Source: the human T2T-CHM13v2.0 reference genome, Homo sapiens. Taken from it: a stretch of DNA of 64,000 nucleotides. Within the stretch, counting starts at the first letter, position 1. Each line of letters starts with the position of its first letter. The stretch lies in NCBI RefSeq assembly GCF_009914755.1, contig NC_060926.1. The stretch is one strand, 5' to 3'. The notes below the pieces were generated by a model. That model was not told the origin of the DNA, did no database searches, and worked only from the letters and a program-made list of their open reading frames with translations. Position numbers and translations under genes: made by a program. Shown here piece by piece: positions 18,931 to 37,189 of the stretch.

Positions 18931-19702
18931 TCAGGCTCTGCCTTGGAGTTGGAGTGCTTCTGGCCTATCTTACTGGGCGCTCACCTCCAAGGCTCGTCTT
19001 GACTCCCTTCTGGCCTGAGAGAGTCCTATTTCTGAATAGACTTTTGCTGGTAATTGATGCAAAAATGACTTGAGTTGCTGGACGTGGTGGCTCACGCTTG
19101 TAATCCCAGCACTTTGGGAGGCTGAGGCGGAGGATCTCTTGAGGCTAGGAGTTCGAGACCAGCCTGAGCGACATAGCGAGACCCTGTCCTTACAAAAAAT
19201 GAAAATTAAAAAAAAAATCGCCCGAGATTTTCTACATTATTAGCAGATGTCAGCTGCGAATTTGGAGTTTGTTTGGAGGTTCTTGCCCACCTGAGTATTC
19301 ACCTCTATCACATGTATGTTTATGACAAGTTAACTTTTTCTCCCTTAAGTACACTTTGAACTACACTTGAACGTTTTCTCTTAAAATGAGATAAAAAAGA
19401 GCTTCCTGTATATCTTAGTTCTGGTCCTTGGAATCACGGAATAAATCTAAATGCTCATCGTTCATGATTGAAGATAGCTCCCGAGTGCAATGTGTTCATG
19501 GTGAGGCCACTGTGTTGGAAAACCCTGGAATGAGGTTTTCTGCTCTCCTGACCCTAGTCTGGCTACTTACTAGTGGTAGCAGGTTAATTTACTATTGGGA
19601 AACCTTAGTCAACTATTTATAAGAGAAGTGGAACGTTCCGGCCGGGCGTCGTGGCTCACGGCTGTAATCCCAGCACTTTGGGAGGCCGAGGCGGGCGGAT
19701 CA

Positions 19703-19969
<267 letters not shown>

Positions 19970-20061
19970 CTAATGTTTGTAGTATTAGTTCTTAAACTGG
20001 AAAGAGAGGGAGAGGGACACAATTTTTCCAGAAGACTTTTTAGTTTTCTTTCCATTTATTA

Positions 20062-21135
<1,074 letters not shown>

Positions 21136-21615
21136 TGATCCACCCACCCTGGCCTCCCAAAGTGCTGGCATTACAGGTGTGAGCCACTGCACCCGGCTCC
21201 GCCCCCCCCCTTTTTTTTTTTTTTTTTTAATTTTTGAGACAGGGTCTTACTCTGCTGCCCAGGCTGGAGTGCAGTGGCGTGATCTGCAGTCTCAATTTCT
21301 CAAGCTCAATTGATCCTCCCTCCTAAGCCTCCTGGGTAGCTGAGACTACAGGAGCTCGCCACCATGCCCAGCTAATTTTTGTATTTTTTGTAGAGATTGG
21401 GGGTGGTGGTGGGTCTCTCTGTGTTGCTCAGGCAGTGGTCTTGAACTGGCCCCAGGCAATCCTCCCACCTCAGCCTCCCAAAGTTGCTGGGATTACAGGC
21501 ATGAGACACCATGCTCGGCTAAAGCCATTTTCAATGAAAAGAATTTGGCCAGATATACAGTGGCTCACACCTGTAATCCCAGCACTTTGGGAGGCCGAGG
21601 TGGGCGGATCACCTA

Positions 21616-21912
<297 letters not shown>

Positions 21913-21915
21913 TCA

Positions 21916-22464
<549 letters not shown>

Positions 22465-22749
22465 TAGTAGAGATGGGGTTTCTCCATGTTGGTCAGGCTG
22501 TCCTCAAACTCCTGACCTCTGGGATTCACCCGAATCAACCTCCCAAAGAGCTGGGATTACAGGTGTGAGACACCGCTCCTGGTGCCCTGTTGTCATTTTA
22601 ATCCAATATTTTTTTCTTTTAAAAAATTTTTTGGAGTATTGGTACATGCCTGTAATCTCAATTATTTGGGAAGCTGATGCAGGAGTATTGCTTGAGCTCA
22701 GAAGTTTAAGAGTTTGAGGCCAGCCTGGGCAACATAGCAAGACCCCTTC

Positions 22750-23045
22750 TCTTAAAAATAAAGTATTGATACATAATAGATGTACATATTTTGGGGGTAC
22801 ATGTAATAATTTAATAAATTCATATAATCTGTAAAGATCAAATCAGTGTAACTGGGATATCCATCACCCTAAATATTTGTCTTTATGTTAGAAACATTGA
22901 ATTATTCTCTTCTATTTTGAAATGTACAACAGATTATTATTGTAAGCTATAGTCACCCTATGATCTATCAAACATGATGTCTTATTTCTTCTACTAAACT
23001 GTATACTTGTACTCATTAATCAACCTTTCTTCATCCCTTCCTGAC
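22750..23045 (-). mobile_element. L1MA-type 3' end
   Basis: tattgatacataatagatgtacatattttgggggtacatgtaataattt signature. Confidence 0.6.
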
Positions 23046-23075
23046 CCCCTTAAATCACTATTTTTTTTTTTTTAG

Positions 23076-23456
<381 letters not shown>

Positions 23457-23893
23457 TGACCTTGTGATCCTCCCACCTTGGCCTCCCAAAGTGCTGGGAT
23501 TACAGGCGTGAGCCACTGTGTCTGGCTGTACCCTTCATATTTTGTACCCTCTTCTTGTACTGTTCCGAATTACAGATTCTCTTCTTCAGCTGTATCTAAT
23601 TTGTTTAGTCAGCCTATTGAATTTTTAATTTAAGCTATTGTATTTTTAATTTCTAGAGGTTCTATTAGTTTTTCAAAAATCTGCCTAATCATTTGACAGT
23701 CATTTCTTCCTTGTTCATATTTGTATTACATCTTTTATTTTTAAAGACATGAAATGTAGTTATTACAAATTCAATATGTGATTTTCTAAAGTTCTTGTAG
23801 GTCCAGTTCTGCTGTTCTTTGTTTCTGTTGGATCTCTTGTAGAGTCTTGTTTCCTCATGTGTTTCATAGGTTTTTTGTTTGTTTGTTTTTTGA

Positions 23894-24439
<546 letters not shown>

Positions 24440-25952
24440 TGACCTTGTGATTCACCCACCGCAGCCTCCCAACGTGCTGGGATTACAGGTGTGAGCCACC
24501 ACACCTGGCTTCAAATGATTATTTTAATCTGAGGTAATCCTGAGTGACCTCGGTGGAGGACACATTTTTTCAGAGAGGATTTTTGCATATCAAACTATAT
24601 AAGGGATTCTTACTAATTGATAAAAAAAAACAGTGAAACAATCTAATGAAGAAATAGACAAAGGATATGAACAGATATCTCACAGAAATAAATACAAATG
24701 GCCAATTATCATGAAAAATGACTAACTTTACTTGTAATCAGGGAAATACAGCTAAAGAGATTATTTTACATTCATTGGATTGGCAAAAGATAAAAGCTTG
24801 ATAACAACCAGCATTGGTGAAGGAATGTAAGGGAAATAAGAGCTTTCTGACATAAATGGTTGGAGCGTAAAACGGTATATGACCTTTTTTTTTCTGAGAT
24901 GAAGTCTCGCTCTGTCAGCCAGGCTGGAGTGCAATGACCTAATCTTGCCTCACTACAACCTCCACCTCCCAGGTTCAAGCAATTCTCCTGACTCAGCCTC
25001 CCCAGTAGTTGGGACTACAGGTGTGCGCCACCACGCCTGGCTGATTTTTGTATTTTTAGTAGAGACAGGGTTTCACCATGTTGACCAACCACCATGTTGG
25101 TCTCGAACTCCTGACCTCGGGGGAATCCACCTGCCTTGGCCTCCCAAAGTGCTGGGATTATAGATGTGAGCCACCGCTCCCAGCTGGTATACAGCCTTTT
25201 TTTTTTTTTTTTTTTTTTTGATATACAGCATTTTAAGAGGGTAATTTGGCACTATACAATACAATTTTTACAATTCACATTTCCTTAACCCATTCAATTT
25301 CTAAGTATCCTAGAAAAACAGTATAGACATGCACAAAAACACATGAATTCTCTTTTTTTTTTTTCTTGAGACAGGGTCTTGTTTTGTTGCCCAGGCTGCA
25401 GTGCAGAGGCATGATCACAGCTCACTGCAGTCTCAACCTCCTGGACGCAAATGATCCTCCTACATCAGCCTCCTGAGCAGGTGGAACCACAGGCACATGC
25501 CACCATGCCTGGCTATTTTTTTTTAATTTTTTGTAGAGATGAGGTCTTGCTATGTTGCCCAGGCTGGTCTTGAACTCCTGGGCTCAAGTGATCTGCCCAC
25601 CTCAGCCTTCCAAATTGCTGGGATTACAGGCATGAGCCACCGCACCCGGCCTGCCTCTGCCTCCTTGAACACTAATGATCCTGAGTTTTATCCACAGTCC
25701 TCATCTCACTTGGTGATCTCTACTCCAAGGGTTGAACTAACACGTAAACACAGACGATTCCCATTTCTATATCCAGCCCAGATCACCCTCCGAAATTCCA
25801 TGTCATTACCTACTGGATATTTCTACCTGTGTCACCCACGTCCAATCTCACATATCGAAAGATAAGGCCAGGCGAGGTGGCTCACGCTTGTAATCCCAGC
25901 ACTTTGGGAGGCCAAGGCAGGCGGATCACCTGAGGTCAGGAGTTCAAGACTA

Positions 25953-26168
<216 letters not shown>

Positions 26169-26533
26169 CTAATTTGCTCTCATCTCCTGCTCTCTCACCA
26201 TGATAGCTCCTGTCCTTACTCACTCTCACAAACATGCTTCTCTGCCTTCTCACATCCCAGTAACTAAGGATCCACCATGCATCTAACTGCTCATCAAGTC
26301 TGCAACCTGGAACACGTCTTGACTAAATACAAATTGGATCAGTGGCTCCCTGGGGTCTTCAGGATAAAAAAAGTTTAAATGACATCACATGGCTTAAAGA
26401 ACTTGGCCCTGATTTGGTCCTTCAATGCCAGCTTTTTATTAACTTACTCCCAGTACTCCAGCTGGTAGTACTGTCCACACGAGGTGGAAAGCCATTTGGT
26501 CAAAACTAGATTGTTTGAAATAACAATTTAATT

Positions 26534-27175
<642 letters not shown>

Positions 27176-27480
27176 CTCTCAGCCCCCAATTCACTTTTTT
27201 TTTTGAAACATTTTTCCTTTGTTGGCTCAATGTTACGCTTTGTCAATAGAGGGCACTTGGGGAACAATGCAGTGATAGTGGAAGGAAGGCACTTCCTTCA
27301 TGGGTTCTGGTTCTCTTCTCATACTCAGCGTGGGAGCCAATGGATCAGTGTACAGAAGCCCTAGCAGCGCTCACCTCAGTGGTCCTCAGGACCCGCCCCA
27401 GCTGCCCCTCATGTGTCCCACCTGCAGCTGCCTCCAAGGCAGCTTTGGCTGCACCACCCTGCAACTGTCTCTAGAATCAA

Positions 27481-27831
<351 letters not shown>

Positions 27832-28179
27832 TAGGTTCAAGCAATCCTACCACCTTGGCCTCCCAGAGCGCTGAGATTATAGGTGTGAGCTACTACACCC
27901 AGCCAAACCAAATTCTAAAAGACCCTAATTAACTGATGAGTGATAGCCAGGAAGAGTCCAAAACATTACCTCCTAAGTATTTAATTTATGTTTGCAATGT
28001 AACTAAAGACTTTGCCTTAAATAGTAGTTAACCTACCTGTATTTGAAAATCTCTTCAAAGACCACTTATGTACTCTGGAATTCAGAAAGGTGCAAAATCC
28101 CTACTTTTTAACCCTCGTATTATTTGTATTGCAACAAATCAGGTGAAAAAGCACTGAAGCCATAGAAATCAGAACTTCT

Positions 28180-28508
<329 letters not shown>

Positions 28509-28921
28509 TCAAAGGCATCTTGAGATTAATGGAAGTACTCACTTAAGGGCACTTGACTACTTTTTGAGAAACCTATCTAAAGATGTTTCATCTTTTTCAA
28601 GTAGCAGTTTCCTGCAAGTATAGGAAGGAAAGTTGTGGACTACTCTGTTCCTTCCAAAGCAAAGTCCATTTCTTGAGCTGCCATCATCAGTACTAGAAGC
28701 TTCATCTGTTATGCAAAATTTATATGCCATTTATTTCTGTATTTTCATCTTTTGATCCCTTACCAAATTGTCTCATATAAAAAACAACTTGGCTGGGGGC
28801 AGTGGCTCACACCTATAATCCCAGCATGTTGGGAGGGTGAGGCAGGATTGCTTGAACCCAGGAGTTTGAAACCAGCTTGGGCCTTTTTTAGAGACCCTGT
28901 CTCGAAAAAAATAAAAAATAA

Positions 28922-28947
28922 AACAACAACAACAACAACAACAACAA
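28922..28947. repeat. (AAC)8 microsatellite in an Alu monomer tail
   Basis: Seen directly. Confidence 0.9.
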
Positions 28948-28994
28948 AACTCAGACCAAAACTGAGCATAAGATAGAATGCACAAAATCAAATT

Positions 28995-29355
28995 TTCTTT
29001 TTTTCTCAACTTTTACTTTAGATTGGGGGAACATGTGCAGCTTTCTTACCTGGGTATATTGCACGATGCTGAGGTTTGGGGTATGAATGGTTCCATCACC
29101 CAGGTACTGAGCATAGTACCTAATGGTTAGTCTCTCAACCTTCCCCCCAGTAGTTCCCAGTTTCTATTGTTGCCATCATTATTTCCATGAGTACCCAATG
29201 TTTCACTCCCACTTATAAGTGAGAACATGTAGTGTTTGGTTTTCTGTTCCCACATTAATTCACTTCAGATAGTGACCTCCAGCTTCATCCATGTTGCTGC
29301 AAAGGACATGATTTCATTCTTTTTTATGGCTGCATAGTATTCCATGGTATATATA
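28995..29355 (-). mobile_element. Old L1 (L1PB-like) 3' end, cut off by the ERV
   Basis: Minus-strand IYTMEYYAAIKKNEIMSFAATWMKLE (ORF2 C-terminus) plus L1 3' UTR. Confidence 0.8.
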
Positions 29356-29650
29356 TGTAAGGAAAAAGGCTGCATGGCAGTCAAGAGTAGGCCAAGGTAA
29401 ACATCTGGTGCAGCGTGACACAGCAGGATTGGAGTGCGTGTGTACAATCCTGTGCATTATATAATCACAGTTATGTAACCATGTTATAAGTGAGCTCATC
29501 AACTGGCTCTGAGGTGCAAAAATGTATCACTGACACTGTGAGAGGGGCACATAATAAAGCCCCTGCCTCCGGACCCCCAAGTGTTCTTTCAACTACCTGC
29601 CACCCGTCCACCAACTCCCCTCGGACTCCAGCTTAGGTTGGAACCGGACA
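29356..29650 (+). mobile_element. 5' LTR (LTR18 family) of a HERV-S/HERVL18 provirus
   Basis: Starts TGTAAGGAAA, ends CA; AATAAA at 29553-29558; immediately followed by a PBS; resembles the LTR18 consensus as I recall it. Confidence 0.8.
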
Positions 29651-29652
29651 AT

Positions 29653-29670
29653 TGGTGTAGTTAGCAGGAT
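29653..29670 (+). other. Primer-binding site complementary to the tRNA-Ser 3' end
   Basis: tggtgtagttagcaggat versus ideal TGGCGTAGTCGGCAGGAT; all 3 mismatches are CpG-type transitions. Confidence 0.85.
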
Positions 29671-32600
29671 TCTGAAGTGAGTGAGTCCTCAGCACCTGAT
29701 GATCCCTGGTTGGCCATGTGGCCCCAACATGGGTTGCGGTACTTGGTGGCAGCTGTGCTGTCCAGATGGGCCCTGGTGGAAACATGGGCAGAGGTAGACA
29801 GGTCCCCCATGAGCATGGAGAAGGCCCTGAAGCACCTGGAAGCATACAACACCGAGAAGGAGGGTGCCTTTGCCAGCAGAGTTGGATGGGCATTTTTGAC
29901 TATGCTATGGAAAGTGCATGCCCAGTCCCTGCGGGATACAGCACAGGTAAGGAACCTCCAGGTGCTAGCTGAGTGCCTGGAGGCCCAAATACAAAGCTTG
30001 GAATGAGAATGGGTAACTGCCGTAAGTGCAGGCTTGAGCCTGCCTTCCTGGCCAGAGACTCCCATTCCATCTGATACCGAGGAGGAAGAACCCCTGCTGC
30101 AGGCTCACCCTGTGGTCTGCCAGAAAATAGAGCATGAACAGCCACTTGGGCCCCAAGGGTGGGCCCAGGGACCCCCTACCGTGGTGGAGCACACTTCATA
30201 TAGTGCCTACACCCCCACTGAGTTGTGGGAGTTAGGTAAGTAGCGGAAGCCCCTACCTGCCTGGATGCTCCGCTTCTGGGACAAAGGAGCTGACAGTATT
30301 TCCGGTTCCACTGCTGAGACGGAAAAGTTGGCTTCTGTCACAGCTCACCCCTCCCTCCATCAGCGGTTGCAGGTGAGCAGGCAGTTGGCACAAGGGAAAG
30401 GTGACCATATCCTGACTGAATGGCTGATGGCAGCCATGTGGACAGGGTGGAATGATGCCAGAGAATTATCAAAAACTGTGAGTAAATGGCAATCATATGC
30501 AGAGCTGGTGGAGGTAATTCGGAAGATGGGTATGTGGCAGGCTATGTTTGATTTGAATACCCAAGGGCCAGATGATGAACGCTTTACCTCCCACATGAGG
30601 GACCTTGTGTTGGGCTCTGCATCCCCGAGTGGTTTTGGCTCTCTGGTCGTTGTCCTTCTCCATACATTGGGCATAAGGTGACTACCATACATAAGGTGAT
30701 ACTGCCATGGCAGCCCTTGGGGAAGCAGAAAGCCAGCAGTGGGAGCAGGGAGTCTGTGCTATAAAGAAGGGGAAGGTATCCCTCCCATAGGGAGCCACAG
30801 GACAAAAAGTGGCCCCAGCAGGTGACCCCCATGCAGATGTGAATTGATCTGATATTGGCTGGGGTTGCTTGAGAGAAAATTGACAGGCAACCCAATGAAG
30901 TGCTGTTAACTTTGTGGAAGCAATTGTCCCCGGAGCAGCAATTCCGGAAAATGCCCAAGGCAGGGCAGGATGATGCTGCTCAACCCAGTCCTGCTGGACA
31001 CTCCAGCTCAAGGATTACTTGCAGATGGGTGGGAGAATAAAGCCTCTTGTGTTTGATTAGGGAACTGGCCAAGGTGCCCGGCTTGGCAGGACACCAGAGA
31101 TCAGAGGCCACATGTGGAATTGGCAATCCACTGGTACCCCACCAATGTACAGCAGGTGTTGGTGCTGGTAGGTACTGATGCAGATTATAGCCTCGTCTAT
31201 GGGAAACGGGATAAGTTTTTAGGCAAGGCTGCATACACAGATGGTTATAGAGGCCAGTCAGTGAAAGTAAAACCTGTATCTTTGCACCTCGGCATTGGCT
31301 GCTTGGCTTCCCATTTATACACTGTGTATATCTCTCCCATACTGGAATACATTCTGGGGATGGATATTTTGCAGTCTTAACTTACACACCACAGCCAGAG
31401 AATTCAGACTCCGCGTACATGTAGGAAAGCTGGTACTATGGGGACATATGCATCACCTGCCCAGGTTCTGCCACAACCCCGATGGGTTACCTCCGCTTGT
31501 CAATACCACTTGCCAGGAGGGCATACGGAGATAACTGAGACTATTAAGAAGCTAGAGGATGGCCGGGCTCGGTGGCTCATGCCTGTAATCCCAGCACTTT
31601 GGGAGGCCAAGGCAGGCAGATCACGAGGTCAGGAGATTAAGACCATCCTGGCTAACACGGTGAAACCCCGTCTCTACTAAAAATACAAAAAATTAGCCAG
31701 GAGTGGTGGCACGCGCCGCAGTCCCAGCTACTCGGGAGGCTGAGGCAGGTAAATGGCGTGAACCTAGGAGGCAGAGCATGCAGTGAGCCAAGATCGCGCT
31801 ACTGCACTCCAGCCTGGGCGACAGAGCGAGACTGTCTCAAAAAAAAAAAAAAAAAAAAAAAAAAAGGTAGAGGAGGTGCAGATAGTGCATGGCACACACA
31901 GCCCCTACAATTCTCTGGTATGGCCAGTCAAAAGGCCCGTTGGGACTTTGTAGATGACAGTGGACTATCAAGAACTAAATAAAGTAACAGCCCCTTTACA
32001 TGCAGCAGTCCTGTCTATCACGGATTTGATGGACCACCTGACGATGGAATTGGGACAGTACCATTATGCAGTGGATTTGGCTAATGCATCCCTTTCAGAT
32101 GATATCGCTCCAGAGAGCCAGGAACAGTTTGGCTTCACATGGGAAGGGCGACAATGGACTTTCACAGTGTTGCCACAGGGCTACGTGCATAGTCCCACCA
32201 TATGTCATGGTCTCGTTGCTACGGATTTAGCCACCTGGAAATTTCCAAAGGGGATCCGCCTATTCCATTACATTGATGATATTATGTTAACCTCTGATTC
32301 TCCTGCAGATTTAGAAGCTGTGGTGCCCCTCTTGCAACAACATTTGGCAGCATGAGGTTGGGCTGTCAATGAATCCAAGGTGCAAGGGCCTGGGTTGTCT
32401 GCCAAATTCTTGGGAGTTATCTGGTCGGGTAAGACAAAAGTCATACCAGAGGCCATCGTAGACAAAATTCAGACATATCCCAGCCCACCATGGTGAGGCA
32501 GCTGCAGACCTTTGTGGGCCTGCTGGGGTATTGGCGGGCGTTCATGCCCCATTTGGCTAAAATGACAAAACCGTTGTACTGGTTGACAAAAAAGAGGGCT

Positions 32601-32708
32601 ACCTGGGATTGGGATGATAAAGCTAAGGCAGCCTTTCTGGCAGCCATGTGGGCTATTCAATAAGCACAGGCCCTACAAGTGATTGACTAGGGGCACCATT
32701 TAAACTCT
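29671..32708 (+). pseudogene. HERV-S/HERVL18 internal region: decayed gag (~29677-31060), protease (~31060-31380) and reverse transcriptase, 3'-truncated
   Basis: ORF fragments: LVGTDA (decayed LVDTGA protease motif), SPYNSLVWPVK, MTVDYQELNK, LPQGYVHSP, YIDD; multiple stops and frameshifts; no RNase H/IN/3' LTR seen. Confidence 0.9.
31561..31865 (+). mobile_element. AluY inserted into the ERV pol region
   Basis: Full dimer with poly-A; decayed TSD aagctagagga / aaggtagagga; the pol frame (IKKLE...EVQIV) resumes across it. Confidence 0.9.
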
Positions 32709-32748
32709 TTCTGCCTTGGCCTCCTAAAGTGTGGGAGTTATAGGCCTG
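32527..32748 (+). repeat. Left arm of a 222-bp inverted duplication (ERV pol end plus Alu fragment)
   Basis: Reverse complement of 33665-33886, 9 mismatches by manual alignment. Confidence 0.92.
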
Positions 32749-32768
32749 AGCCACTGCGCCTGGCTTGA

Positions 32769-33119
<351 letters not shown>

Positions 33120-33154
33120 TCCATTTGGTAACTTTTAGAATATTGTCTGGTGTC

Positions 33155-33510
33155 GGCCAGGCACGGTGGCTCACGCCTGTAATCCCAGCACTTTGGGAGG
33201 CCGAGGCGGGTGGATCACGAGGTCAGGAGATCCAGACCATCCTGGCTAACACGGTGAAATCCCGTCTCTATGAAAAATACAAAAAATTAGCCAGGTGTGC
33301 TGGCCGGCGCCTGTAGTCCCAGCTACTGGGGAGGCTGAGGAGGAGAATGGCGTGAACCCGGGGGGCAGAGCTTGCAGTGAGCCGAGATCGCGCCACTGCA
33401 TTCCAGCCTGGGAGAGAGAGCAACACTCTGCCTCAAAAAAAAAAAAAAAAATAAATAAATAAATAAAATAAATAAAATAAAACGAATAAAATAAATAAAA
33501 TAAAATAAAT
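33155..33510 (+). mobile_element. AluY with a long (TAAA/TAAAA)n tail
   Basis: AluY diagnostic cctggctaacacgg and gaatggcgtgaacc. Confidence 0.9.
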
Positions 33511-33664
33511 TCTAGGCCGGAAATGGTGACTCATGACTGTAATCCAGGCCCTTGGGGAGGCTGAGGCAGGCGAATCACCTGAGGTCAAGAGTTCGAGACC
33601 AGCCTGGCCAATATGGTGAAAACCGGTCTCTATGAAAAATACAAAAATTAGCTCGGCGTGGTGG

Positions 33665-33886
33665 CAGGCCTATAACCCCCATACTTTAGGAGGCCAAGGC
33701 AGGAAGAGTTTAAATGGCTCCCCTAGTCAATCACTTGTAGGGCCTGTGCTTATTGAATAGCCCACATGGCTGCCAGAAAGGCTGCCTTAGCTTTATCATC
33801 CCAATCCCAGGTAGCCCCCTTTTTTGTCAACCAGTACAACGGTTTTGTCATTTTAGCCAAATGGGGCATGAATGCCTCCCAATACC
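33665..33886 (-). repeat. Right arm of the inverted duplication, embedded in the Alu at ~33515-34035
   Basis: ERV pol sequence in reverse orientation interrupting the Alu right monomer. Confidence 0.92.
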
Positions 33887-34239
33887 AATACTACAGCTGT
33901 AGTCCCAACTACTCAGGAGGCTGGGGCAGGAGAATTACTTGAACCCAGGAGGTGGAGGTTACAGTGAACCGAGATCGCGCCACTGCACTTCAGCCTGGGC
34001 AACAGAGCAAGAGCAAGACTCTGTCTCAAAAAAATACAGTACATTCTACCCACTCTATTTTCTCAGTTCTTTTCCTGGGATACCTGTTAGTTGGTTATTA
34101 AACCTCCTGTATTGAGCCAAGTTAATTTTTTCCCTTCACTTTTGATTTCTGTTCTAAAACTGTTTCTTGTCTTTTAATATTCTGAATTCATTCATATTTT
34201 AAATTTCCTTTTCTGGTATTTTACTACTATCCTGCTAAT

Positions 34240-37040
<2,801 letters not shown>

Positions 37041-37189
37041 TGGTTTACAAAAACCTGCTACCATTGACACCTGTTGTTTTCCTGTTTGGTTAATACATAT
37101 GAATACATATAATACATATGAATTTCCTGTTTGGTTAATTCATATGAATATGAATTATGGTCTTCAAATGAAGGTAGAAAAACCTATTC

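Noticed and set aside
29653-29670. tRNA-Ser-like sequence as a tRNA gene
   Set aside because: Only the 18-nt complement of the tRNA 3' end directly after an LTR; it is a retroviral PBS
31954-32355. RT ORF as an active or domesticated reverse transcriptase (retron/DGR-like system)
   Set aside because: Bounded by stops, upstream pol is interrupted by an AluY, the protease motif is decayed and there is no RNase H/IN; the nearby repeat is inverted and its mismatches are not adenine-specific, unlike a DGR TR/VR pair
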